This document shows positions 25,676 through 37,704 of a DNA stretch of 64,000 bases, in pieces; positions within the stretch are counted from its first letter, which is position 1, and the number at the start of each line of letters is the position of its first letter. The stretch comes from Yuukianura sp. NJ FZ-2021. Its lineage: Eukaryota. The stretch spans positions 3,534,001-3,598,000 of the forward strand of contig CM102284.1 in the NCBI GenBank assembly GCA_046563655.1, written 5' to 3'. The notes under the pieces were generated by a model. The model was not told the DNA's origin, did not search any database, and saw only the letters and a program-made list of their open reading frames with translations. The translations under genes and the position numbers were made by a program.

Positions 25676-26993
25676 TTTGAGTGTGTTCTTGTCATCCTAA
25701 ATCTTGTTGAAAATCTTAAATCTAATCCCAAAGTCAATTGCCAACACTTCATCTTTTTTATGACCAACACCTCTCTTGTTCTTACAAAAAGGAGGACACA
25801 ATGAAATTTCATTCTTCAAAAACCAAAATGGAACCTACCCTCCCACCAATTTAAAAAATGTTTTCAAAAAAGCATTTGAACAAATCCAACCCTCGTAATC
25901 CTATCTTCTGGGAGGGACTCTATTTTTAACATTTTTTTGAAAAAGGAAACACTTTTTAGAAAAGCTGTTTAGAAAAGAAATTTGTCCAACATTGTATCCT
26001 ATTTGTATTTTCATTTAGCACCTTTCCAGGAACACCTCTGTATAACTCAGTTACCCGAAAAATTTTGAGAAGAGGCGATAAAATATACAATTGCTTTTTT
26101 AAACGTTTAGAAAAAGTTTTTAGAAAAGTCATTCCCTGGTTCCATGCTGTGTCCACTTGTCATTTATTGCTGGTCCCCTACTGGTTGTTATACGATCCCC
26201 GAATGTGGACATGAATGTGCTCATGTGACAAGATGTGACCCTGGGACACTAAATCCCGCGTGAAATATGTTCAAATGAAGGAGTAGTGCTCATTAAGCCG
26301 CTTGCACATTCATAAATTAAAGCCCATGTCACACGGCTTATGTGGGTACAGGGTCGGCCATAACTTCAATTACTTGAAACAATATTTTCATTTCAGTCTT
26401 TTTTGAATTTTAGCGAACTCTTTTGAAAAAGTGCCGCCTTTAGTTTCACTAAACTAAAATTTACGTTCTGCAGTGGTCAGGGACAATGGGCCGGAGTTAC
26501 ATCTTTCATCTGTTCGTGAAACGTGACAATAGAAAACGAACACTTCTTTGTGTCTTTCTGTCCCTTGGAAGCTTTTTTGTCTAAGATTTATGAACAGGGG
26601 AGAGACTCTAATGCAAAAACCTCCTCTATTGCAAAATTATGCAAAATAATTGCAACAAACTTGGTTTTAAAGTTTGGTAAACTAAAATTTATTGCTCAAA
26701 AAACCAGGACTCTTGTTAAATATTTTAATATTTTAGAGATTTAAGGACGTGTGTTATGCGTCTAATAAACAATAATCGTTAAATTTAGTAACCACGATAA
26801 CGGAGCTTGTGCAGTTAGTAAAACATGCAGACATCGACAAAAAGAAACACCCTTAAGTGAGTGGTGAAAAAGGATCAGTGGAAAGATGATCAAAAAAAGT
26901 ATGCACTTTGAAACAAACAAACTACTGACACAAGTTCGGTTGCCGTCGTCTGGGTTTTAAAATAACTTTTCCGAGACAGTGACATTGAAATTG

Positions 26994-27267
26994 AAAAATG
27001 GCGTGGCTCAGCGTAGGAAGGTCGTACAATGACCCACAATATATCAAACTTTAGGAAAAGACTTGATCTAGTACCCTGTCGGAGAAAATTACACAATTTT
27101 AGTTCTAACTGTGAAAAAATTGACTCAAACATTCCACCCCCATATTTACATAGATAGAACTAAAATTTTGTAATTTTCTCCGACAGGGTACTAGATCAAG
27201 TCTTTTCCTAAAGTTTGATATATTGTTGGTCATTGTACGACCTTCCTACGCTGATCCAGACCATTTT
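26994..27267. repeat. Long inverted repeat (~113-bp arms, ~47-nt loop), probable foldback/MITE relic
   Basis: Arm TCAGCGTAGGAAGGTCGTACAATGACC...AATTTTAGTTCTA (to 27107) pairs with TAGAACTAAAATT...GGTCATTGTACGACCTTCCTACGCTGA (from 27155) with few mismatches. Confidence 0.9.
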
Positions 27268-27613
27268 CCATTTGATGAGTTACAGCCGCATTTTGACCCC
27301 CCGTTTCCAGGGTGTTCGCACACCTTAATTCTTTATGGGCAAACGGGATACACAGGATGTGTGAATGTTTAAGTCAACCGGCTCATCTTGTTCCATCCGT
27401 CGTCTCTCCTGTAAAGTTTTAACATTAACACAATCGTTGTTTTCAAATTTACAAGTTGCGAGGAAGTTTACGTTTGAAAAGTTCAAATGTTTGCAAAAAA
27501 CGGCTTCCGTTTCCGATTTCAATGAGTTGAAATCCAAGATTTTGAGAAATTTTTTTCCGGTCATAAAACTCTAAGATATTCAAAAACCCGTTTTCTTTCC
27601 TCTGTTTTTCAAC

Positions 27614-27626
27614 AGGTCAAAGGTCA
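27614..27626 (+). promoter_or_regulatory. Perfect nuclear-receptor DR1 element
   Basis: AGGTCAAAGGTCA. Confidence 0.5.
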
Positions 27627-30600
27627 CTTCTGCTCCAAATGGTGAATGTGTTAATGGAGAACTGTCAGAGTCGAGTCCGTTTCCGGTTCGGTAGAACACC
27701 AAACCGGTTCCGTTGTTCCTAATGACAAGTTTTGTCGGCACTTTTGTTAGAAATTGGAGACATGAACCACACTGGAGCGAGAGAGAGCGGCACATAAATC
27801 CTGTTGCTTTACAACAACGCGATGTCAATTGGCCTCATTTAGACCTCTGACGGCTGTAATCATTGCTTTCAAAAAAGCGTTTTCAAAAAAACAGACCGTT
27901 TTTGAAATTGAAATGGATAGCAGTACAGCAGAAACAATAAAAGAAAAAGACAGACAGTTTTTTCCAAAATTTTCACAGACTAATAAAATTTCTACTCTCC
28001 CTTGTTATTGTTGTCTTTACAAAATGGGAAATTTTAGAGTCTGTAAGTTGAACACAAACGTTGTTCCGGATTGTTGACCTTTGGAGTCGGCAAAAGAGAC
28101 AAGGAGAGACGGTGTAATTTTCCTTTTTAGCACATTTTATGCCTTTATGACATTTTAGGGGGTGCCTTAAAAGCAGATGAAAACTGGATGATTCCGAGAG
28201 GGTCCTTAAGTCCTTACAAGGCTTTTGATATTGTAATACCCAAGGAACCCCGGAGAGCAGTTGAAAGTGACCTGTCAAAACAAAGTCAAGAGAACAATAC
28301 GACCATCACTCCTCACCCTTCCATCACTTTGGACGAGTTGACCTCTCTAAGAATCCGGGGTCATAAATCCACAAGAATTATGGACGTGTCCATCTGCTGG
28401 AGCCTTCTGTCTAAAAGCATATCATCACAAGTCACAACTTCATTTTGTCTACTTTTCCTCAAAGGAAATTAACCTAACCTGAAGTCCTTCAGTTGATAAT
28501 AAACTAAACCTCTGCACTTTAAAGTTTGTGCTAAAAGGCGCGTTTCTAACCCAACAACCTCATCTTGCAGCCAAAAAATTCTAGCCTAACCTATCCAACA
28601 TTACATAATTCCACTTTATCCCGCATGCATTAACATCAAACCTAATGTACAATTTAACATGAGCAACTACACTACAACCTAACAGAGACCTTGCCATAAG
28701 AGAAAACATGAAACGCCGAGTTTAATAGCGAAAGCTACTTTTTGCATCAACAGTGTCTGTCTGTCCGTCCGTCAAAGTCACCGGTAACACACATTAGTTA
28801 ATTTCTTAATTTAAAACAAAAACTGCAGCATAACTAGTACCAGATTCATAACCGCCGGACCATTGACGACCACACACATATAAGACAAGGACCTAAAATT
28901 TTAAGAAAACTGAAAATCATTTTCTAAATAGTTTTTTCCAAACACGGCGTTTTTATTATTCATACCTATCGGAGGGATAGTGTACATATTGCGTGATCAT
29001 GGGGAAGGGGGGTTTGGGTGGATGTGTTGCGAGGTGTGTAGGGGGTGGGTTGATTTGTTGTCGGTGTCTGTGGAGATGACAGAGGCGATTTCCCGTAGGG
29101 TTGGAATGGACGTTTGCCCTGTCGGGGTCTTTTGAGGTCCCACTGTGTCCGGGACAATGACGTTCATAAATATTGACCACGGACGTTGATGTATACGACC
29201 CCCACCTTCTGACGGTTTAAGTGCCCCCTCCCCTTCAAGTCCTCCCATTCACAGGGCAGGGGAGGCAGTTTCCAATTTTACACAAGTCATCCCCCACCCC
29301 CTCAAAAATTGTGTTGACCCTTACCGAGAAGTGGGCATGGACCGACCCTGTCAAAATCCCTAATTTTTTAACATCAAATTCAATTCAAACTTTCAAAAGG
29401 CAATAATTACGTGTCCTTTCAAACTGTTCTCCAGCGACTCTTGTGTCGTTCAAGTGTTCGCTCAACAAAGCACTTCAAAATGCCTATTCGAACATTTTTT
29501 CAAAAAGAACACTGAACATTGTACCGATGTTGTAAACAACTTAACAAAACGGAACAGAAAAATTGGAAATTATAACGTGTATTTAGCTAACGTTTGTCGA
29601 TTTTAAAGAGGTGCATTAATTTTTACAAAAATGAGTCATTTTGTAACTAACCCAAACAAAAGTAGAGTATGACACGCAATTTTTTTTCGAAAGTTAATTC
29701 ATAACGTAAACGTAATAATCGTTCACGTAATTTGACCATAACATTACTCTTTCTTCCAACTCCTGGAACTGTACTCCCCTGCCCCATTCCAGCTACTATG
29801 GAAATATTGCCAAATACTATGAACATGAATTGGAAGTTAGGCACATATCGTTACAAGTATTTCATGGCTCAAGTGCGTTTGAAATTTTATCGGACAACCA
29901 CTGCTGAAAGCGTCCACGCTACTCAAGATCATTACATTTTCTCGGATTTCGAAATACCTGAAAAAACGTGAATTGGTGTTAAACTTCTTTTTAAACTAAA
30001 ATTTACATTAATTACTACATGAAGTAACATTACACAAAAAATTCTTTACAATTGGATTCAACAGGATGTTATGTTTTCACTGTCTGGAAGATTTTAGTCC
30101 GTAAGAGCAAGGGAAAGCGTTTCTTTTGTTTCCAAAATAACTTCATTCATTCTGTTGAATGACTGTTGACAAAGTAAGTGGATTTGCAGGGAACAGAGTG
30201 TTAGCAATCAGTTGCTAAGTTAAAGTGATGCTGCTGGTTAGCGGTGGTAGTCGTAAGGCGGAAAGTAAACTTCCTTTGGTTGTAAATTTCATGCGTGTCG
30301 GTGTTTTTCAAATTAGTTTTTACTTGATTTATTAGCCATTTCAAATTCATGAAGCAAACATATCGCTGTAGTTCCAGCGAATCTAGCAGACGACCATGTG
30401 CATATGATAATCAGAATCACACGCCATTGTTAGTCTCAAAATACATCAAACGGGCCTGGAACACCGTCGTCCATTAGCCTTTGTCATCAAAAGGTCAACC
30501 AGCCAACGCCACGGTCACGGTGACACTGAAATGGAGACACAATTTGTACAAGCTATTAATCTTGTGCCAGTGACAATGAAAACATTGTCTGCGCAGTATA

Positions 30601-33600
30601 TCAATGTTATCTGTCGACACTTTTTTGAAAAGATCGAATACGCATTTCCTGTTTGAATTTGGAAGTAAATTAATTTGTGTTTGGAAGAAGCGTGAACTGA
30701 AATGGGAAGTGAGAATCAAAGGAATGAGGACGCTGAATGGTGGGGCATCTGCTCCACCAATCATTAATCAAAGTGTGGGTTGATGGAGGACTTTCAAAAC
30801 CATCGTCTTCGCACCTCATTCATCATCGTTTCTAAACAGACGGCGGCGCCAAATTCAAGAATCCGACGAAATAGCCAACATGATCAACTTATACTAGTAA
30901 AACAGAAAATTCCAAACTACTTAGAAAGATGTAAAAAAGCGACACAATTTTTCCAACATTGTGAAAGGTAGAATTTGCAACTGACGATTCAATTTGCGTC
31001 CAATTCGAAGAAAATGGCGCAGTGCAATGATTTTTCATTTTTCAAAATGTAACTTTTTGAAATATGGACGATGGAGATGGACGTTTCAAAGTTCACGCTG
31101 TGACGACTGTGCTGAATGTATTAATGAAGTGTTGTTTGAAAAAGTGGCTGCAATAGTGGTTGCGACTATTTGTATTCGTTTGAGACCAAGGCTGAGACTA
31201 TGAGGGGTCCTTTGGCGCTTTTTCAGTTCCTTTCATTTGTGGGTTTTGATTGGTAATTAGACTGGGTGTGAATGGAGGTGACTTGTCTTGGCTGTCATCG
31301 TGACTGCGACGGTGGAGACACGACGAGAAAGGACCGTGACAGGCATTGTTCCGCTGCCTGGACACAATGGAGGTCCCAAGGCACGTTTCGAGGTGATAGA
31401 TTACCACTTCGTCTTCACTCATGACAGAGACGAAGTGTCCTTCATTAAGCTCCGCTCACACCTCCAGTCATTTACATTCCGAATGCCCAAGTCTCAAAAT
31501 GCCAGGCAACTGACATGGTCACCTTCCCATGTCACTCCTTGTCACTCTGCGCCAAAACCGAATTTGTACTCCCTTTTTGCCAAAATATTTTTTATAAAAC
31601 TTCACAGAAAAAATTACCGTAGAGAGTAGTTTCATCGGCTCTATCACGATATATTAAATCACAATGCTGGTGAATCATCCTTTCATTTTTCTTTAAAAAA
31701 TTCAAAAATTTCTATTATTTTTTTTGTTTTTATTTAATATTGATTTTTTTTTTTAAAAAAAAGTGAAAATGTCGGCCCGGAGCATCTCCAATGCAGAAGA
31801 TCAGATTTCATGGATTTGGATTAGTTTCGAAATATTTCGCTTGACAAGATTTGTGACAATGGGAAACAACGTGTCCGATTTTCGGATTTTCCGGGAGTGA
31901 TTAATGTGGGGAGGGGGTAACCGTAAAACTGTGTTCACTTATGAATCCAAATCTGAGTCAACTGGAACTGATTGGTTTCATACCGAGAAAGAGGATTGCT
32001 TCAAAACTTTGAACAGTCAGCAGCATGCTTTGTAAACCGAAACTTTTTTAAATCGGTTTTTGACTCCATTTTCTCCTTTTGCGTTTCAAAATCAAAACAG
32101 ATCATAAATCTAAACAAGGGGAGTGTGAGTGCCAGTCGGCCTTTATGGTTTTGGGCTCCATTTTTTAAAATATACTAACAATGAAAAATATAAAATTGTA
32201 ACAATGTTCCAGGGTAAAGTTCAATTCGAAAACAGTAATCCACATACAGACGCTTTCCTGGTCCGGGATGAGTCAAATGACATGTGTGGATATGAATTCG
32301 AATTTATTTTGAAATCAAAAGTCCACCCTCTCAATTTTAAAACTTTACTCACTCCCCGGGTGACAATTTCCAAAAGATCAACAAAATTGGACATGAATTT
32401 TGAATGAGCATTTGAAAAAGGGGATTTCAAATTTCAAAAAAACCAATTTTAAAAAATGTCGACTACGACGCTCATGCTCGTGCTTCTTCAGAGCGTGTAG
32501 GATCAGGGGGTTAGTTGACCTCTGTAAACAGAAAAATGTTGACCTTTGGTAAGTGAGGGTGGGGAGAAAGTACTTGAGAGCTTGGGCGGGGGTTGGCAAG
32601 GAAAAGTAAAGTGACAGGGCAGACACAGGGGCCCTGGAGAGCGTACTTTTGAGTCTTGACATGTAATGATGAATGAGTGTCGATCAATCACCGTGTGTAC
32701 AAAAACCGTGGAACCGTGGCGGTGAAGAAGCAGCATCCTAGAAGATTCCAGCATCTTGTCACACCCTCCTCCCTAAAGTGCCAGTAGTGGGGGCGGGGTG
32801 TTCAGACTTAAGGGAGGGGGTAAGACAGACAGGACCAAGTGATGTGACACGTCACATTGAGAAGTAATGATCCTTTTGTCGCTGAAACCTTCCAGGAAAA
32901 ATGGATTTGGTGACAAACGGAGAGGAGCAGAGTTACAAATGTTTGTAGCTTAACCCCACATGCCACGGCCACTCCAACTCCATCCGAACTCCCTCATCTC
33001 TCATCCGATTTTTCGGTTCTTTTGGACAAAAAAGCGGGTAGGAGAAGAATAAGATACTTCCGTCAGGTCCTTCGGGAACAAATGGTTTTCCTTTTACCGA
33101 CGTCTTCCCATGATTACTCCAGTCCTTGTCAACTATTACATTAGGGACTACATTATTCATCCCTTGTCAAGGGGATCATAATGGAAGTGGGACTCAACAA
33201 ACCTTCAATTTCAGTCACTCACACATGCCATTCTACACCATCAACCAATCCACACTCATTCCTACAAAATACAGTAATCTCTCTTTTCTTGGCAGGTAAA
33301 ATGAACTGTAAAACGAACTTTCACTGCAGAACTGCCAGTAACTGGAAGTTCCGGGTCACATTGTATACGCAGAGGAGGGTGGATTTTACCGTAAAATTCA
33401 TACTTATGTATATGTTAGGGTGAAATTTTCACCTTTATTCGACTGTTCTGATGCAATATGATTCACAGTTTATTTTCCCGCCATCTAGTTTTTTAATTGT
33501 GTTTTTGCCGGTAATAAAATTGTACTGAATTCGAATTGTACAGGTTGACTTGGCCTTGAACATTGACGATTGAACTTTAAGTAATAGCTAAACTTTAACT

Positions 33601-34845
33601 TTGGTGTCAACATTTTAGTTTCCAGCTTCAAGTTGTAATGATTCAATGATTGTTGATGAATTTTGGAAGTGAAAGTAGTGAAATTTTGAAAATAGAGCCA
33701 TGTGGATCCAGGTTTTTAGGTAAGATAGAAGTTTAAGTGCGTTGTGTTTGGGTCCATTATGGATGGCTCCACTTTCTGTCACTGATCTGACATGAGATAT
33801 TCATCTTCCAGCTCAGAATTTGAAGGGCTTCAAATCCTAAAGTACAAAGGCGGCAGACAGAAATAGCACAAAGAGAGGCGCTATCTATTTTCAACCCTCT
33901 GCATAAAATCCAAAAGGAAGTTAATGTTTACCCTCACAAAGAAAAACTTTGAAGAGCTCACAGGGTTAACGCTCTCTTTTTTTCTAAACAGTTTAAACAT
34001 AACACTGTTTTCCAAAAAAAAAATTCAAAATCGGTTACAAAATGGTTGAGTATAGAGCCAAGAATGATGAATTGGAGAGACCAGTTTGTATTAGAAAGGA
34101 AGTTTGTTTTTGTATTGATTTAAATGTTGATGGAATTAATGTTTGAGAGGTTTCCCCCGAGGAGAAAGTGCTGGCGAAGAGTCCATGAATCAGCGTGGTG
34201 AAAACAATTGAGTTGAAAGGAGAGTGAGCCATGGGCTTTGAGTTTCAGAAGAAAGTTAGCCTTCGAAGGAAAAGAAGAAGCAGTGGTTGTGTGTAGATTT
34301 ATAGGAGGTGGTGGTGGGGCCGTGGGATGCAAGTGGAGCGTTGTATGACGGGCTTGCTTTCTCCGCATAAATCATGGCAGCCGCCCATGAGTTATGTCCC
34401 ACCGACTCCCGCTCTTAATTTTTCTCCCCAATGTCATAAATCAGCGCCCTTTTAAATCTTAAAGGCACCAGTCGCCTCTTCCCTTTCCCGCGCTTTACCA
34501 AAATATATTTATGACCCACCATGCTCCCCCACCGCTCCGATCCGCCAGCGCGCCAACTTTGTTTCAAATCTCGTGCAACAACCTTATTAGGTTCCATACA
34601 TTTCATAAACACAGCATTTGACTGTCCAAGTATTTCAAAGTATTTCAAATGTGCAAGGTATTTCATAGTAGTTCGAGTGGGGAAAGTATTTCGATGCGAA
34701 AATTTCCAAACACTTTGAATGGGGAAAGTTCTCCGGAGCAGGAAACGTTTTCTGAAATACAGACTTGGAAATTTTTGTAACGAAAAGTGCGAAGCTGTCA
34801 GTTTTGGACAAAAAAGTGAGTCTCTTTTTTGGAAATGAGTGAAAG

Positions 34846-34858
34846 TGACCTTTGACCT
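34846..34858 (-). promoter_or_regulatory. Perfect nuclear-receptor DR1 element
   Basis: TGACCTTTGACCT. Confidence 0.5.
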
Positions 34859-35620
34859 GGCCGAGTGCTTTCTTCCTTCCAGGAAGAATTGTCCCCCCTC
34901 CAAGTAGTGCTAGGGGAAGGGCAGGGAGGAGTGGGCAGTAGATAAAGTTGAGGAGAAAGTAATGTGGCATTTTGTCCAAAGTCCAAGATGAATGCTTTCA
35001 TGGCGTCCGGACTTTTTCTTCTGGACCAACGGTCCACTGGAGTCTATTTGGGCAGTTTTCGGTGTCCTCCGATGGTCCAGAGCGGGTAGCTTCCTCTTTC
35101 TTCTTTCTTTCTTCCCGGGAAAGTATACTGTAGTATGGGCAACGGCTATGGCTGGGGCAATCTCTGTCACAATTTACGTTGAGTTATGAACCGCCGAGCC
35201 GCGCCTAATCTCCCAAGATTTGTGGGCCTCCTTCCAACAAACTGCTTCCAAATGTTATTACTTTTACAGTTACCAGAGAACGGCCAAAGAACTTCAGGGG
35301 AAAGGAGAAAGTACATTTATTTTATCCGTGGGAATAAAACTTTCATCTCCGGATCAGAACCAACGACGACCGATCCAGGGGACCCTTGGCTATCCACCGC
35401 TTCCCGCCAAATCCAAGGGTCATCACGTCAATCCAACAGACATTGTAACCAGGCTCCCTTAACATCAGTTCCACTTTTCACAACATAACTGCCACTTCTA
35501 ACAAGGACTAAAGATCAATCCGGGATTCCAAAACCCGCGAAAACTTTCTCCAAAACACAATTTCCAAATCCAAAAATATTTCGAAAAAGTCTTCTTTGTC
35601 TCTATCTGTAGAGGCGTTCT

Positions 35621-35820
35621 GGGTTGAAGTAAACTTAAATTGCATTTATTGCAACCACAGTGTAACGACCTACGCAATTTTTGCAATTAGGTGGATACAA
35701 AATACCTACCTTAACAATTGCATTGCAACCACCCATTGTAACCACTAAATGGAAACGGAAATCACGTCGGTGGTTACCTCTTGTGGTTACAACGCATGCA
35801 ATTTAGGTTTACCCCAACCA
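35621..35820. mobile_element. ~200-bp MITE-like element, same family as 21561-21733
   Basis: Left end GGTTGAAGTAAACTTAAATTGCATTTATTGCAACCAC; reverse complement of right end GGTTGGGGTAAACCTAAATTGCATGCGTTGTAACCAC. Confidence 0.65.
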
Positions 35821-35907
35821 CGTCCAGGTGAAAGCAATTCCAGACGAAACAAGCTTCTGAAGGAATTGGTGCCTTGAGGTGTTAAGGTTGCTTGTTAAGT
35901 TAAAGAT

Positions 35908-35972
35908 TAGGTTAGTTAGGCTACGATTTGCCTTAGGTTAGGTTGTTAGGCTACGATTTGCATTAGGTTAGG
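35908..35972 (+). repeat. Short tandem duplication (GTTAGGCTACGATTTGC x2) embedded in TTAGG-like repeats
   Basis: taggttagttaggctacgatttgccttaggttaggttgttaggctacgatttgcattaggttagg. Confidence 0.7.
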
Positions 35973-36652
35973 GATGTAAGTGATGACAGGACCAGGGTTT
36001 ACATTTAACAAAAGGCTCAAGTCCTTAAGTCCAATGTTCAGGGGAGAAAGGAATCAAAGACGCCACGGAGGTTTTGAGTGACAAATCCATTTGGAAAAGC
36101 TTTTGAAAAATGTCCCTCACGGAGTCGTTGATCTCCCGTCCAAATCTTGCGGGACCAGAATTTTCTAAAATGCTAACTAGATCAGTACCAGCCAAAGTTT
36201 AGAACATGTTCAAACAGAACCATCTGTATCTGAATCTGTTCAAATTGTGCTCCAAAACAATAACATTTCCTCACTAGTCCTGAACCTTTCTGTCAACTAA
36301 GATTCACTTAATCTCCTGCCCGTTCCATACTCTAATCCTCAGGGAACAATTCAACAATGACACAAAAACCTATGGATTTTCAGAGGATTGCAGAAGTGAC
36401 GACGGAGGAAAGAAGCGATGGTTGCACGGTTTGAAATTCAGAATTATTTGGCGTAATCCAACCTCTTGTCACGATTTGATATGACAAATAGGCCATTGTG
36501 TTTGTTTAAGCTCAACTCCCGGGAATGGGATAATTCTGAAAAGTGGTCCTCATCCGTCGTTGTGCTGACACTCGAATTCGAAACAAAACAGTACATGCCA
36601 GCATTGGTTTCGTTGGAACTGGAATGTTTATCAAAAGTAGCTTTTTAAAAAA

Positions 36653-37704
36653 TTAAACACGTTCAATTTCACAGGAACAACAAAGTGGAATCCAGAATAC
36701 TCCGTTTCTGAGTACAGTGCCGGATCCATCGAGAGCGACGAGTCGCTTTTGCGTGTACTTTTGACGACACGTTGCACGATGTCTCGGAGGAACTTGACAA
36801 ATTCCGTTGCATTGACTGCCATCGTCAGCACAAGTTTCGATTCGAACTTGTTGAGCGTATCGTGGATCGTTCGGCATGTTGACGATGTACATCCAGTCAC
36901 CTTCGTTGTTCATAGCAGCTTCTGGAGTGATGAATCTCGAAGTTGATGAACACAACTGCAAAAGAGAAAAAACGTATTGTTTAGATTAGAGTTTTTCAAA
37001 ATTTTCTTAGAGCCTAATGAAAATTTGGAGTTAACCTGAATGTCACTAGCTTGCCGCTTTTGAATTTGATGTCGCTGATTATGATGGTACGCCGAAGCTT
37101 TTCTGCGTCTCCTCTGTTCTGAATCCCACCAAAAGGAATGCAGAAACGGAACGATTACGGCTGCAACTTGATGTGGCGGAGGTACATACGGAGCCAATTG
37201 TTGTGGGAGTAACGCAGAAGAAGACGCAAATGTCTGCGTTGATTTTCCAAAGTAAGATGAATTGGAGTTAGGGAATGGGGTGTCGTCGTAGCCTCCAAAT
37301 GACTCCGGGTAGTAGGAATGTGGCGGCACCCTCCAAGGATATTCTTGAGGCGTTTCGGATTTGATGAACAACGAGTACGTTGGTCCACGTTTTGAAAGAA
37401 GACTTTGAATGGTGTCACTGAAATATGAAAAAGTAATAAAAAAAAATTACCGAAACTGGAAACTGATGATATTAAAATTTTTTTGGCAAAGTTACCTTGG
37501 ATAAGGTGTAACATGTTCACAAAAAGTTTCTCCATGCCGCGCACACGCAGGCGTGATTCCGGGTGGAGCTGGAAGAAAACTTTGATGATTTCTGTACCTC
37601 GGATAAGGAGCTTTGGCTGTGGTAGGCGGAATTCCATAACGTATTGCTTCCACGCCAAGCCAATTCAGAAGAATCAGCAATCCCAGAGTTACAGTCGATC
37701 CCAT
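36653..37704 (-). CDS. spz5: Spaetzle-family cystine-knot ligand, Spz5-like, 297 aa; exons 37704-37496, 37417-37036, 36955-36653
   Basis: Signal-peptide-like start MGSTVTLGLLILLNWLGVEA; prodomain PGITPACARHGETFCEHVTPYP; basic cleavage-like sites RRRRK and QKR. Cystine knot LCSSTSRFITPEAAMNNEGDWMYIVN...CNGICQVP...CRQKYTQKRLVALDGSG...FWIPLCCSC follows the Spz5 pattern. Splice phases are consistent. Confidence 0.85.

Noticed and set aside
36910..37371. ORF reading through spz5 intron 2
   Set aside because: The 80-nt intron has canonical splice sites and its removal restores the cystine knot; no evidence for retention.
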